A stretch of DNA of 64,000 nt from Candidatus Obscuribacteraceae bacterium (GCA_044229845.1 JBGASG010000004.1:416001-480000); one strand, 5' to 3'; counted from the stretch's first letter, positions 19,515 to 29,792 are shown. The notes: generated by a model from the sequence alone, not told the origin. Numbers and translations: made by a program.

Positions 19515-19694
19515 TCAGTCCTGCAGCGGATCCGCCAGTCCCAAGCGCAGGACATCTTCCGGGCTGAGAAAGAAATCCGCATCACTGCGGCTCTGGTCGC
19601 CCGCGCGGCCAGCGTGAACTTCATGCAGTGGCGCGAACAGCGAGTCGTCGGCGTTGCGCACGAGCAGAAACTTCGCTCGGTCGAGGTTGTGCAT
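19515..19694 (-). CDS. 59-aa ORF not in the ORF track
   Basis: Hand translation MHNLDRAKFLLVRN..DFFLSPEDVLRLGLADPLQD; GGAG RBS. Confidence 0.35.
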   Translation of the reverse strand: MHNLDRAKFLLVRNADDSLFAPLHEVHAGRAGDQSRSDADFFLSPEDVLRLGLADPLQD

Positions 19695-19954
19695 AGCTTC
19701 TCCATTCTCTTGGTGGTTGCGCTAACTTCGCACCATGAGTGGTGCATCTCAACGGTCGTCTCACTCACGGAAGTCCGTGAGTGAAGGCATGAAAAACTGG
19801 TTGAACTGACTGTTTACGCTGGTTTCGAGTCGGAAGTGCGGGAGGAAAAGAAGATGACTTCACCCTAACTCTCAAAATGCCGGCACACCAGTTATCCACC
19901 GTTTTTATGTACTCATAGTTGCCAAATCCGCTTGGCAGCGATAGCGCTAGCGTA

Positions 19955-19999
19955 GCACCGCATACGGTGGCGTAAACAAGTCGTAAACAAGGCGTTCAC
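19955..19999. promoter_or_regulatory. Composite element: CACC box plus 11-bp-phased CGTAAAC repeats
   Basis: gcaccgcatacggtgg cgtaaac aagt cgtaaac aagg cgttcac. Confidence 0.55.
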
Positions 20000-21156
20000 G
20001 ACTGACGGGCAATGGTAAACCAGAAGCGACATCCCTCTCCAGGCTCGCTCTCAACACCAATCGTCCCACCCTGCGCCTCGACGATCGCTTTCGAAATAGC
20101 CAGCCCCAGTCCCGTGCCGCCTTCAACTCGAGAATCTGATAGTTGCGCCTGCTCGAATCTATTAAACAGACGACTCTGGAAGTCTTTAGGAATACCCCGT
20201 CCTTTGTCGCTTACATAAAGTTTGGCGAACTGCTCCGTCGCCTCGCATGAAATGGTGACCGCGCTGCCGGCGGGCGAAAACTTCACGGCATTGGAGAGCA
20301 AGTTGATCAGCACGCGCACTGTGTAATCCGTGTCGGCTGTCACCGGCAGCTCGTCTGGAATGTCGTCTACCACCAGCGGCACACCACGACTCTGAGCCCA
20401 AGAATCGAGCGATTGCAGCGATTGCGTCACGATCGAACCCAGTGCCACCACTCGCGGGTGCAGCTTGAGCTTGCCCGCCTCCAGCTTGTGCAGGTCAAGC
20501 AGGCTGTTGATCATGTTTATCAATCGCGTAGTGTCCTGCCCAATGCCCTCGCATTTGGCTTTCAAGTCGTCCGGTCTGTCGTCGTAAACACCCTCGGCAA
20601 CCAGCTCGAAAAAACACTTGACTGAGGTGAGCGGCGTTCGCAGATCGTGCGTCATCGTCGATATGAATTCCTGCCTGAGTTGCTCCAAATCATGCCGGGC
20701 AGAAACGTCTTCTACCACCAGCAACACATTGTCGGAAGCTGATTCCGTGGAGCCGGCGAACGGACTGACTTTGACGGTAGCCGGAAATGTGCTGCCGTCA
20801 AATCGTTTGGCTATCGTTTCCACGGCCGTGTTGGGTGGCGCCGACAATAATTGCTCAGCCGCAGCCTGCTCCAGCTCGAAGACTTCACCGATATGCCGCT
20901 GGTGCAGATCAGCGTACGTGCAACGAAACAGGGCGAGACTGGCTGGACTGGCTGATTGCACGATGCCGGATTTCTCGGCGATCAAAAGTCCCAGCGGTAT
21001 GGTTTCTATCAAGGTGCGAATGCGCGCTTCATTATTGCGCAGCTTCTGCTCGTATTTCGTCAGCAACGCCTTCAGCTCGGCAGGACTCTTAGTTTCATCG
21101 CGTGAAGTCATAGAAAATCTTGTGGCGTTGCCGGACCAGCTCACGGGAATCAGCAT
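19996..21156 (-). CDS. PAS-domain histidine kinase
   Basis: PAS region; THDLRTPL; NLLSNAVKF; DKGRGI; GTGLGL. Confidence 0.93.
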   Translation of the reverse strand: MLIPVSWSGNATRFSMTSRDETKSPAELKALLTKYEQKLRNNEARIRTLIETIPLGLLIAEKSGIVQSASPASLALFRCTYADLHQRHIGEVFELEQAAAEQLLSAPPNTAVETIAKRFDGSTFPATVKVSPFAGSTESASDNVLLVVEDVSARHDLEQLRQEFISTMTHDLRTPLTSVKCFFELVAEGVYDDRPDDLKAKCEGIGQDTTRLINMINSLLDLHKLEAGKLKLHPRVVALGSIVTQSLQSLDSWAQSRGVPLVVDDIPDELPVTADTDYTVRVLINLLSNAVKFSPAGSAVTISCEATEQFAKLYVSDKGRGIPKDFQSRLFNRFEQAQLSDSRVEGGTGLGLAISKAIVEAQGGTIGVESEPGEGCRFWFTIARQS

Positions 21157-21687
21157 TTATATACCCAGATTATGAGCAGACCCCGGGCCGGCGCAGTCGA
21201 GCAATTGGCGACGACTGGCGGCAACGTGAACGGCTGGCGTGAATAACTCGTGAACAAAACTGGCAGGCACCAAATCCGGTATCGAGACCAGATTGGCCGA
21301 CAGCCGGCAGCATTGCGCAACAGCAGCCAGGCATGCCAGATCTAGCCGGAGCGACCAGTCCAGAAGATTATCAAAAGGCACCACTAATGGTTGCGCGCAC
21401 GTGCGCCAGGGCGCAACACAGGTTTCTTTTAGATAATCTTGCGCAAGCGGCTGCACGCTTGCTTTCGCGCCCCCTTCTTTGCAACCATAAGATACCAACT
21501 TTTGTCCAGACAGAAACACCAGATCACACCCGCAAGAAACCCCGCAAGCACACGAATTTCAGTCCCGCATCCGGCAGCACATTGCCGAGATGAGGCACCA
21601 CTCAGCATTCGCAACTAACCGACTTGCTCCTCTCCCAAAAAACTGGTCTGTCCCCGGCCCCGGTCGCGCAGGTTCGCGCTAGTCGTT

Positions 21688-21732
21688 GCACCGCAAGCGG
21701 TGGCATAAACGGCGGGTGAACGCGACTGAAAA
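21688..21732. promoter_or_regulatory. Composite element: CACC box plus 11-bp-phased heptamers
   Basis: gcaccgcaagcggtgg cataaac ggcg ggtgaac gcga ctgaaaa. Confidence 0.55.
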
Positions 21733-21792
21733 AGTTGCCCCACAACACATCACAATCGAATGCACTTGCCACCTGAGAGAGAGGAGTCGGCA

Positions 21793-22626
21793 GTGCTATC
21801 CAAACGTCATACCAAGACCGCGATTTTCGTCGCGGTCACTGCAGTGCTCCTCTGGCTCGGGCTGTCGCCACGTTCTGCTACCTGGGCGTATGAGCACGTG
21901 CTGATGCCGCGAGTGCCGCCCGACATGCGACTGCTCAACGCCAACAGCGTCGCGCCCGTGCAGCTTCTGGAGTTTTCGTGCGGCGAGCACACGCTGCAAG
22001 GCATGCTCTACAAGCACCCGACCAGCGGCAGAGTCGTGCTGTTCTACGCCGGGCGCTCCAGCAACCTCGCCAAAATCGTCACGCCTGCGCGCGAGCTTGT
22101 GCGCCTGGGAGTCTCGGTGTTCGCCTTCGAATACGCCGGCTTCGGTACCACCGCTGGACGCCCATCCACCCGGGCACTCCTGGATGACGGACTGGCCGCC
22201 TACGCCGCCGTGCTCAATCTCGGCTACAAACCGAACGACATCATCCTCTACGGCGAAAGCCTGGGCACAGCTGTTGCCGCCTACGTCGCTAAGCAGCGAC
22301 CGGCGGCGGGGCTGGTCCTGCAGTCGGGCTTCAGCTCGCTGGAGCGGCTGGTGAAGGAGATCTCGCCTGTGTTTCGTGTCTATCCGTCGTGGATGTTCTC
22401 GCGTCTGAGACTGGACTCGGCCCATGCGCTGCAAGCCGGTCATCCGCCGCTATTGCTGCTGCACGGCGACCAGGACGACGTCATCGGACACGAGCATTCC
22501 GAGCGACTGGCAGCCGCCGCCGGCGAGCGCACCACGCTCGTCATTCTGGGCGGCGCCGGACACTTCCACGTGCACGAGCGCGAGGACTGGCGCGATGCCA
22601 TGCGCGAGTTTCTCGCCTCGCTGTGA
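21793..22626 (+). CDS. Alpha/beta hydrolase (ABHD17/YfhR-like)
   Basis: GESLG nucleophile; HGDQDDVI; GAGH; GTG start after GAGGAG. Confidence 0.88.
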   Translation: MLSKRHTKTAIFVAVTAVLLWLGLSPRSATWAYEHVLMPRVPPDMRLLNANSVAPVQLLEFSCGEHTLQGMLYKHPTSGRVVLFYAGRSSNLAKIVTPARELVRLGVSVFAFEYAGFGTTAGRPSTRALLDDGLAAYAAVLNLGYKPNDIILYGESLGTAVAAYVAKQRPAAGLVLQSGFSSLERLVKEISPVFRVYPSWMFSRLRLDSAHALQAGHPPLLLLHGDQDDVIGHEHSERLAAAAGERTTLVILGGAGHFHVHEREDWRDAMREFLASL

Positions 22627-22660
22627 TCGAAATCAAAAAATCGGAACGATAAGGAGAAGC

Positions 22661-22789
22661 ATGGAAGCCCTCAGCTATGTGCTGCTCGTCATCGGACTGG
22701 TACTTGGGTTCGGCGTCGGAGGCACAGCCTGCACGGCTGCCGGCGCCGTACTCATGCTCGTGGCGCTGGTGATGAACATCCACGCCTAG
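22661..22789 (+). CDS. 42-aa membrane peptide
   Basis: AAGGAG RBS; MEALSYVLLVIGLVLGFGVGG.. Confidence 0.55.
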   Translation: MEALSYVLLVIGLVLGFGVGGTACTAAGAVLMLVALVMNIHA

Positions 22790-22936
22790 CGCCCTGGGAG
22801 TCGCCCTCCGTTTCCCGGAGCATCGGCTGCGTTTCACAACCGGGCTCAGACAGCCCCACTTGCTGCAGTCATCCTGCCGCACAAATCCAGCGTGGAATGA
22901 AGGACTCCCGCGCTTTCATGGAAGGTTCTCGGAACA

Positions 22937-23767
22937 TTGATTCCAATCATCCTGGCTGCCGCCACCTGGCTCTTGCTCGTGGCCGCCACCGTCGTCTACG
23001 CCCGCCGCCGCTATCACTACTGGCAGGGGCACGCCCGTCACATGCAGGAGAGCGGTTATCTGGTGCCGCCGGCATCGTTGACCGCGCGGTTGGCTCACCG
23101 CCTGGTGACACGAGCGCTCGTCTACCTGGGCGTCGGTCCGATCAAAGTAAGCGGTCGCCGCGAGCTGATGTTGCCCGGACGCAAGATCTACGTCGCGAAT
23201 CATCAGTTCAACCTGGACTTCGCCGTCTGCTCCGTGGCCGCCCGCACATGCTGCCCGGTGATGACCAAGTCTGCCGAGCTGAGGCCGCCCCCGCTGGCAC
23301 TGCTCAGCGCATGGAGCGGCTCCGCCATCCCCGTCAACATCAACGAAGCCGGAGGCGGACAGAAGGCATTCGCCGCCAGTGTTCGCCACCTGCAGCGCCG
23401 CCGCGACAGCGAATTCCTGATCTTTCCGCAGGGCGCGCTGTTCGACAGGCTGCAACTGGAGGACTTCAAGTCCGGCGCCGCGCGCCTGCAGAAAGCGGTG
23501 GCAGACGCCACTGACGGTGATCCGGTCTGGCTGATTCCGATGTACATCGAATACCAGCAAACCGGATCGAGGCCCATCTCCGAGTTCGTCTTCAAGAAGA
23601 CACGCTCGATCTTCGGCAAGGTCCAGTACGGCGCAACGGTGCGCATCGGCGAGCCGATCGCCTACAACAGCGCCCGCAGCATCGACGGCACCACCGCCAT
23701 CATCTACTCGCGCATCGCCAACCTGCAGCGCGCGTCCTTCGCCCTGTCCCGACGACGATCCCGTTAG
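22937..23767 (+). CDS. PlsC-like lysophospholipid acyltransferase
   Basis: NHQFNLD (HX4D), IFPQG, FKSGA. Confidence 0.85.
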   Translation: MIPIILAAATWLLLVAATVVYARRRYHYWQGHARHMQESGYLVPPASLTARLAHRLVTRALVYLGVGPIKVSGRRELMLPGRKIYVANHQFNLDFAVCSVAARTCCPVMTKSAELRPPPLALLSAWSGSAIPVNINEAGGGQKAFAASVRHLQRRRDSEFLIFPQGALFDRLQLEDFKSGAARLQKAVADATDGDPVWLIPMYIEYQQTGSRPISEFVFKKTRSIFGKVQYGATVRIGEPIAYNSARSIDGTTAIIYSRIANLQRASFALSRRRSR

Positions 23768-23775
23768 GAACTCTC

Positions 23776-24591
23776 GTGATCAATCTATTCGCCCCGCTGC
23801 TGGTCGTCACGGCGCTGGCAGTGTGCGCTCTTCTCTATTACGGGCGCTACAAACCCTGGGTCGAGAAGAAACAGTCATACATCGCGCGCTACACCAAATG
23901 CGGTGCCCTGCCCCCAACTCCGACACCGGAAGCGTGGCGGAAGTTCCGGCGCATCGTACGCTTCCTGATCTTCATCCAGGTCGGACGAGTGCGCTTCGAG
24001 GGACTGGAACATGCACACATCCCCGGTCCCAAGCTGATCACCCCGAATCACGGCAGTTCCGCCGATGTGGCGATGGCGCTGGCCTTTCCAACGCCGTTCC
24101 GGTCGCTGGCAACGCGCGGTCTCTTCACCATCGGCGGCGGTCTGGGCGCACTCATGTTCGGTCCCGTCGGCGCCATTCCGGTGGACCTGACACCCGGACA
24201 GGGCGGACCGGCACGCAACACCGCGGTCGACATCGTCGTCTCCGGAGAGCCGCTGCTCATGTTCCCCGAAGGTTGGGCGTACATGGACGGGCGCATCGGA
24301 CCGATGAAGAAAGGCGCCGTGCGCATCGCCCGGGAAGCGGCACGCGAACTGGGACAACCGGTGCACCTCGTGCCTGCATACATGCGCTACGGCAAGTACC
24401 CCGGCAAGTGGATCTTGCGCTTCGTGCCGCCGGTGCAGTACTTGCTGGCGTTCGTCCTCTTCCCACTCTACCGGCGGGGCTTGACGGTGGTCTTCGCGCC
24501 GCCGATCAGCTCCGCCGACCTGCCGGATGATGACACGCTCGCGACGCAGATGCTGCGCAACGCAATTCTGGCTGCCGACCCGCAGGGTTAG
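23776..24591 (+). CDS. PlsC-like lysophospholipid acyltransferase
   Basis: NHGSSAD, MFPEG, KKGA. Confidence 0.87.
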   Translation: MINLFAPLLVVTALAVCALLYYGRYKPWVEKKQSYIARYTKCGALPPTPTPEAWRKFRRIVRFLIFIQVGRVRFEGLEHAHIPGPKLITPNHGSSADVAMALAFPTPFRSLATRGLFTIGGGLGALMFGPVGAIPVDLTPGQGGPARNTAVDIVVSGEPLLMFPEGWAYMDGRIGPMKKGAVRIAREAARELGQPVHLVPAYMRYGKYPGKWILRFVPPVQYLLAFVLFPLYRRGLTVVFAPPISSADLPDDDTLATQMLRNAILAADPQG

Positions 24592-24642
24592 CCGCCGCAC
24601 AACCAATCCAAATCACCGATCAACCCGAAGAAAGGGGTTGAA

Positions 24643-25908
24643 ATGACCATCTCACCGAACTGGCATGGATTCGATCTCACCGAGGACCAGTTGACGGTTC
24701 TCGACTGGGTGCGCGATTTCTGCCGAACCGAAATCCGTCCCGCCGGGCCCCAGTGGCACAAGGCGGAGGCCACCCCGTGGCCGCTCATCCGCAAGGCCGC
24801 CAAGTGCGGTCTCTACTCCGAGGACTTCTTCAAGAAGCTCTTCCTTGACCCGACCGGTATCTTGCCGGCGCTGGTCATCGAAGAGCTGTTCTGGGCCGAC
24901 GGCGGCAGCGCGCTGGCGCTGTTCGGCAGCGGACTGCCGGCGGCCGCCATCATGGCCAACGGCACCGGCAACCCCAGCCTGGAGGAACTCGGAATCGAAG
25001 GCAAGGGACAGCAGGGCAAGTGGCTGCCCGAGTGCTTCGGCACGGCCGACAACCCGCGCCTCGCGGCCTTCGCCACCTCCGAGTCCGACGCCGGTTCCGA
25101 CGTCAGCGGCATGCGCACCACCGCCGTCTACGACGAGAAGACCGACACCTGGACGCTCAACGGCGTCAAGGACTGGATCACCAACGGCGGCATCGAAGGC
25201 GCGCTGCACGTCGTCGTCGCCAGTGTCGACCGCAAGCTCGCCTCGCGCGGTCAGGCCAGTTTCATCGTGCCCCCGGGCACCAAGGGGCTGAGCCAGGGCA
25301 CTGTGCACCACAAGCTGGGCTTCCGCGCATCCGTGACAGCCGAGGTCGTCCTGGACAACGTCGTGGTGCCGGGCGACTGCCTGCTGGGCGGCAAGGACAA
25401 GCTCGACAAGCGGCTCGCCAGGGCTCGCGCCGGCGAATCGGCGGGTGGACAGGCCGCCATGGCCACCTTCGAAGGCACCCGCTGGATGGTGGCAGCCATG
25501 GGCGTCGGGCTCGCACGCGCCGCGTACGAATACGCCCGTGACTACGCCAAGGAGCGCGAGGCGTTCGGCAAGAAGATCGCCGAACACCAGCAGGTGGCGG
25601 AGATGCTGGCCGACATGGCGACCAAGATCCACCTGGCTCGCCTCGGTGTCATCGACGCCGCTCGCACGTACCTGACCACCGGCAAGCTCACGCAGGCGCA
25701 GGGCTCGATGGTGAAGTACTTCGCCACCGAGCTGGCGGTCGAGTGCACCCGCAACGCCGTCCAGATCCTGGGCGGTGCCGGCTACGTCGACGAGCACCCG
25801 GTCATGCAGTGGTACGGCGACGCGCCGTTGCTGACGATCTTCGAGGGCACCTCGCAGATCCAGAAGAATCTGATCGCCAGCACGGTCACCGGTCTGCGCA
25901 TCCGCTGA
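24643..25908 (+). CDS. Acyl-CoA dehydrogenase
   Basis: FATSESDAGSDV, LNGVKDWITNG, REAFGKKI, QILGGAGY, IFEGTSQIQ. Confidence 0.95.
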   Translation: MTISPNWHGFDLTEDQLTVLDWVRDFCRTEIRPAGPQWHKAEATPWPLIRKAAKCGLYSEDFFKKLFLDPTGILPALVIEELFWADGGSALALFGSGLPAAAIMANGTGNPSLEELGIEGKGQQGKWLPECFGTADNPRLAAFATSESDAGSDVSGMRTTAVYDEKTDTWTLNGVKDWITNGGIEGALHVVVASVDRKLASRGQASFIVPPGTKGLSQGTVHHKLGFRASVTAEVVLDNVVVPGDCLLGGKDKLDKRLARARAGESAGGQAAMATFEGTRWMVAAMGVGLARAAYEYARDYAKEREAFGKKIAEHQQVAEMLADMATKIHLARLGVIDAARTYLTTGKLTQAQGSMVKYFATELAVECTRNAVQILGGAGYVDEHPVMQWYGDAPLLTIFEGTSQIQKNLIASTVTGLRIR

Positions 25909-25959
25909 ACAAGGCGGAACGCAACGCCACCACATAAGGTGGCGCAAGCAGACCACCTA

Positions 25960-25999
25960 TCGAATGGGGAGCGCTCCTCCGGGGGCGCTCCCCATTCGA
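25960..25999. terminator. Strong hairpin after acyl-CoA dehydrogenase
   Basis: 15-bp perfect stem tcgaatggggagcgc/gcgctccccattcga; second hairpin at 26080-26110 followed by a T-rich tract. Confidence 0.6.
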
Positions 26000-26136
26000 A
26001 GCGAACAAGAAAGAAACTGAAGAGCACCTGCTGCAACTGCACGGGCTGCAGTGCAACAACTGAATAAGCGACAGGCGACGAAACGGCAGGGCCTGCACCC
26101 CTGCCGTTTCTGTCTCCGAATTTTTCGCTCACTTTT

Positions 26137-26153
26137 AACTACAGTTGCTAGTA
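26137..26153. other. Block-end palindrome copy (AACTA-N7-TAGTA)
   Basis: In the convergent gap between 25908 and 26248. Confidence 0.55.
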
Positions 26154-26247
26154 CTATCAATCCGACTTCACTGCATATGGTGGCAATATGTATTCAACCG
26201 GCAAGATAGGCACGCAGCTACGAGATAAAATCGCCGCGAACCGGCTC

Positions 26248-27135
26248 TTAATCAAGTGGTCGCGGACTACCACCAAGTGAATCGGGACCGAAGGACCCGG
26301 GCAAGAGTTCGTCAAGCGTGGCGGTGGTCACCGTGCGCCCGACTCCGACCAGAAGTACCTGCGCGCCTTTGCCGCCAAATTCACGCAAAAACTGCAGCGA
26401 CGAGCCATCGATGACCGCATCCTGCAGCTCCAGTTTGTCGGCGCTGGCAGCGGCAACAATCACCGTGTCGATGCGATTGTATCCGGCGGACACCGCGGCG
26501 GCGATTGCACAACACTCAGCCGAGATACTGGACGGATAGCTGGCATTATCGAGCTGGACGCCCGGGAATTTTTCAAGTTCGCCCTTGTCTCTCGCACCAA
26601 ATGCGATGGCGGCCCGGCGCCGGCGAGAATAGGGCACATAGGCATCAGCCAGCATGCCTATGACTTCGTCGACGAGCGTTTGCTCTTCAGAACTCAAATT
26701 GTCGTACTGGCGTTTCGTTCGCTTGGATGGGGTGGGCAAGAGGCTCCACACCTTGACCCGCCGAACGTTGCAGTCCTTGTCCAGAATCGAGAGGAAAACA
26801 GCATCGGTGTCTGCATACTGGCACAATGCCTGACGGCAGATGCCGCAAGGAAAACCGCCGGGCGAATCGGGACAGATGACCGCCGCGTGCGTGATAGATC
26901 GATAGCCTTCCTGGACAGCGGTTGTAATTGCATTCTGCTCACCGCAGACAATCACTGAGAAAGCGTCGTTCGCCACGTTACAACCGCGGAACAGCTTGGC
27001 TTCGTCCTGCGCATTCACCGCCCATATGGCGCTGCCGACCGGAAAGTGATCCCAGCCGCGCGTCGGTTCCTGAGCCGAAAGATCTGCCTTCTTAACTACC
27101 GCGCCGATTAGCGCGGTCTGATTTGTCTGTTTCAT
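26248..27135 (-). CDS. cdd: Two-domain cytidine deaminase
   Basis: GCNV..CGEQNA..PCGICRQ in domain 1; second, degenerate deaminase domain. Confidence 0.8.
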   Translation of the reverse strand: MKQTNQTALIGAVVKKADLSAQEPTRGWDHFPVGSAIWAVNAQDEAKLFRGCNVANDAFSVIVCGEQNAITTAVQEGYRSITHAAVICPDSPGGFPCGICRQALCQYADTDAVFLSILDKDCNVRRVKVWSLLPTPSKRTKRQYDNLSSEEQTLVDEVIGMLADAYVPYSRRRRAAIAFGARDKGELEKFPGVQLDNASYPSSISAECCAIAAAVSAGYNRIDTVIVAAASADKLELQDAVIDGSSLQFLREFGGKGAQVLLVGVGRTVTTATLDELLPGSFGPDSLGGSPRPLD

Positions 27136-27226
27136 GACGCCCCCAAGCTCGTGCAGTTTACAACGAGTCCGGCGCCTGTGCCACCCTGACTTGCCACCAT
27201 TAGCCCCTCTTCATTGTTCTCGAACT

Positions 27227-27243
27227 TACTATGTCTTTTAGTT
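27227..27243. other. Block-end palindrome copy (TACTA-N7-TAGTT)
   Basis: Downstream of the 3' end of the long minus-strand block. Confidence 0.55.
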
Positions 27244-27388
27244 GCAAAACCCAAAAGCGAAATGACGCTGGCGTTTGCCGTCTCGACTGTCTGCCATCGA
27301 TCGACACAGAGCGCCGATAGCGCCACCGTTAATGGTGGCACTACCGGCGCTCTCTGCGTGGAGATCTCGCACTGCGACGGAGCAGGAG

Positions 27389-27703
27389 CTAGAAATCGAG
27401 CGCTGCGTAGGGCTCGTGCGGAATGAAGAACCGACAGTATTTGTGCCGCCCCAAGCACAAATGGAGGTCAGTGATCAAACCGCAACGATCGACGCTCACC
27501 TTCTCGATAACCGCCCAGACGCGCTCGCCGACCGAGAGCGTCTCTCCGCCTTTGAGTTCCATGCGCGGAATGAACGCCTTCACCCAACCGTCCACCGTCA
27601 CCAGGTAGGCAGTCGGATACTCGGCGCGCTCCGGGTCAGGAACGGCTGTGCAATAGGCCCGTTTGATAGTGCCCGGTGCAAAGCCTCCAGATGCATGTGT
27701 CAT
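27389..27703 (-). CDS. S1/OB-fold-like small protein
   Basis: VTVDGWVKAFIPRMEL..LSVGERVWAVIEKV. Confidence 0.65.
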   Translation of the reverse strand: MTHASGGFAPGTIKRAYCTAVPDPERAEYPTAYLVTVDGWVKAFIPRMELKGGETLSVGERVWAVIEKVSVDRCGLITDLHLCLGRHKYCRFFIPHEPYAALDF

Positions 27704-27713
27704 TTCCTCTCCT

Positions 27714-28037
27714 TTACAGGTCATTCAGGAAGCACTTGTCGGTGAGCTCGATGTACGCGTGCTCGATGCCCAGCTCGCAACCCGGCGCGCAGTCGCAGTA
27801 GAACGTGAAGTGCAAACGCACACCAGTTTCGATCGTCTCGATGCCTTCGACCTTTGTCTGATCAGGCCAACAGCGATCTAGGAGCATTTGGCAGCGCTGC
27901 TCCGGGTCATTCACTGGTCCGTGCCATTCTTCACGCCGCCGGTCCAGCTCCGTCAGCTGGTCCAGTTCACCCGCGGTGAGCATCGGGATCGTCTGGTTCG
28001 CAACCCACTCCTCGCGTGAGTGACGGGGACTGCTCAT
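27714..28037 (-). CDS. Hypothetical protein
   Basis: ORF in the tightly packed operon; YCDCAPGC. Confidence 0.55.
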   Translation of the reverse strand: MSSPRHSREEWVANQTIPMLTAGELDQLTELDRRREEWHGPVNDPEQRCQMLLDRCWPDQTKVEGIETIETGVRLHFTFYCDCAPGCELGIEHAYIELTDKCFLNDL

Positions 28038-28073
28038 AGTGAGACCGCCTTTCTTCTTCAATCAACTTGCTTG

Positions 28074-28577
28074 TTATGCAAACCGCAGGAGGCGGTGCAC
28101 CATTGCCACGACCAGCGCCGTAAACAAGAACACGCAGTGCGTGATCACGTGACGCACCCAGACATCGGTGGGCACCTCAGTCACGATGATGTCCTCCAAC
28201 AGCTTGGCACTGGAGTATCCGACGAATGCAAGTCCAACCTTGACCTTCATGGTCACGATGTTGATGTGCTCGAGCCACTCGGGTCCGTTTGTCCTCACGA
28301 TTCGCCGGATGTAGATGTGGTGTCCGCCCATGATCACCGATATCAAAAGCCACTCGGTCATCGCTTCTTCCAGCAGCTCAACCACTGCCAGAACCAGATC
28401 ATTGCCGCTTCTATCACCAACGACGTAGGCACCGAAATGGTAGATGAGCTGTGCCGCTTCACTCAGCATGTGCACCAAATAGACAACGGCGCACACCAGC
28501 AAAACGAGCTGGACCAAGTAAAGAATCCAGCGCGTCCGGTAAATCAAGTCGTCGATCTTCTTGTCGCGCATCTGCAT
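28074..28577 (-). CDS. YqhA/UPF0114 membrane protein
   Basis: YRTRW..VLAVVELL..GG..PEWL..KVK..SS..LL pattern. Confidence 0.75.
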   Translation of the reverse strand: MQMRDKKIDDLIYRTRWILYLVQLVLLVCAVVYLVHMLSEAAQLIYHFGAYVVGDRSGNDLVLAVVELLEEAMTEWLLISVIMGGHHIYIRRIVRTNGPEWLEHINIVTMKVKVGLAFVGYSSAKLLEDIIVTEVPTDVWVRHVITHCVFLFTALVVAMVHRLLRFA

Positions 28578-28632
28578 CTCTTTCGACTCGAGTATCTTTC
28601 AGTTCTGACTCTGCACGACATTGAGCAACTGA

Positions 28633-29370
28633 TCAGCAGTTAGGTAGGTTGTACAGCAGCGTCTGCAGCACCTCGTTGCTCGACCACTGGTCGCCGAACT
28701 TTTCGGCCCAGTCCAACAACTTCGCAACCAGCTGCACCGCCCGCAGATCCTCGGACGGCACCAGCTGGAAAACTGCTGCCCGCGCCGAGTGCTCGATGTT
28801 CCTCGCCCCGAGCGCGATCGGGTCGAAACGCGAATCACACACCGGCAGCAGCTGGGTGAGATTGAAGCCCTCGCGATCGACATCCGCCAGACCCAGGCGA
28901 GCCAGGTCGGCCTCCCAGACTGCTTGCGAAGCCAATTCGACCGCCACGCGCAGCTTGTTGGCCAGCACGAAACGCTTGAGTGACGCCTCCAGCGGTTTTT
29001 CCGGCCGGGGCGCCCAGGTGGTGCCCGGGAACCGAGCACTGTCGTAGAGTCCAGGCGGCTTCTGAATCTGTGCGATTTCGCGCAGCAGCTCCGCGTCGGT
29101 GCCGGCGGCCTGCCATGCCCGTCCGTGAGCCGTCGCGAAAAGCTGGTAAAGACCATCGCGGCAAGCATTGAGCGTGCCGACCCGGTGCGAAACCTGTGCT
29201 TTCAGCAAGTCGGTCTCGCGGTGGGTGAGATGGTTGTTCTGAAAGCACAGTGCTTCCAGACGCCTGCGCGACTCAAGCGTGGCGTCGCGGGCGGCCTTGA
29301 CCTTGGCGATCGCGGCGACGACAGCCTCGCAGTAGCGACGAGCGCTGGTAGTCGGCGTTTTGTCTGTCAT
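28633..29370 (-). CDS. Hypothetical protein
   Basis: Long helical ORF within the operon. Confidence 0.6.
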   Translation of the reverse strand: MTDKTPTTSARRYCEAVVAAIAKVKAARDATLESRRRLEALCFQNNHLTHRETDLLKAQVSHRVGTLNACRDGLYQLFATAHGRAWQAAGTDAELLREIAQIQKPPGLYDSARFPGTTWAPRPEKPLEASLKRFVLANKLRVAVELASQAVWEADLARLGLADVDREGFNLTQLLPVCDSRFDPIALGARNIEHSARAAVFQLVPSEDLRAVQLVAKLLDWAEKFGDQWSSNEVLQTLLYNLPNC

Positions 29371-29423
29371 GGTGATTCCGTTCTTTCGAGTCTGGATTTC
29401 GGTTTGAATGAATGCGGCCTACT

Positions 29424-29792
29424 TCAGTTGCTGCGCCAGCCTCCCTCCTCTCTCACGACCTCCGACAACTCATCCCGGAGGGCCAGTTGGGCAAGAAACT
29501 TTCGTTCGAAGACTCTCAGTTCGCGCCGGTTGGCACGCCGGATGCGCATGGCACCGACCTTTCTTTTGATGTGGGCGAGGGTCTTCGTCGGCAAGCGCGG
29601 TCGCTTGCCCTTGGAGGTTACGTCGGCGGCGATCACTTCCCGCTCTTCGTCGGTGGGCTCGCGGTCGCGGCGCGCCTTGCAGTTGGTGCACCGGAAGCGC
29701 AGCATCATGTCGCCTCGAATCAGCCAGAAACTCTTGCCGCTGGCGGTGACTGTCTTCTTACACTTGGTGCAGTCCCAGATGTCAGTGATCAT
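29424..29792 (-). CDS. Zn-ribbon basic protein
   Basis: WDCTKC..FRCTNC; Arg/Lys-rich tail. Confidence 0.6.
   Translation of the reverse strand: MITDIWDCTKCKKTVTASGKSFWLIRGDMMLRFRCTNCKARRDREPTDEEREVIAADVTSKGKRPRLPTKTLAHIKRKVGAMRIRRANRRELRVFERKFLAQLALRDELSEVVREEGGWRSN

Noticed and set aside
24652..25956. 434-aa minus-strand ORF
   Set aside because: Antisense shadow of the acyl-CoA dehydrogenase.
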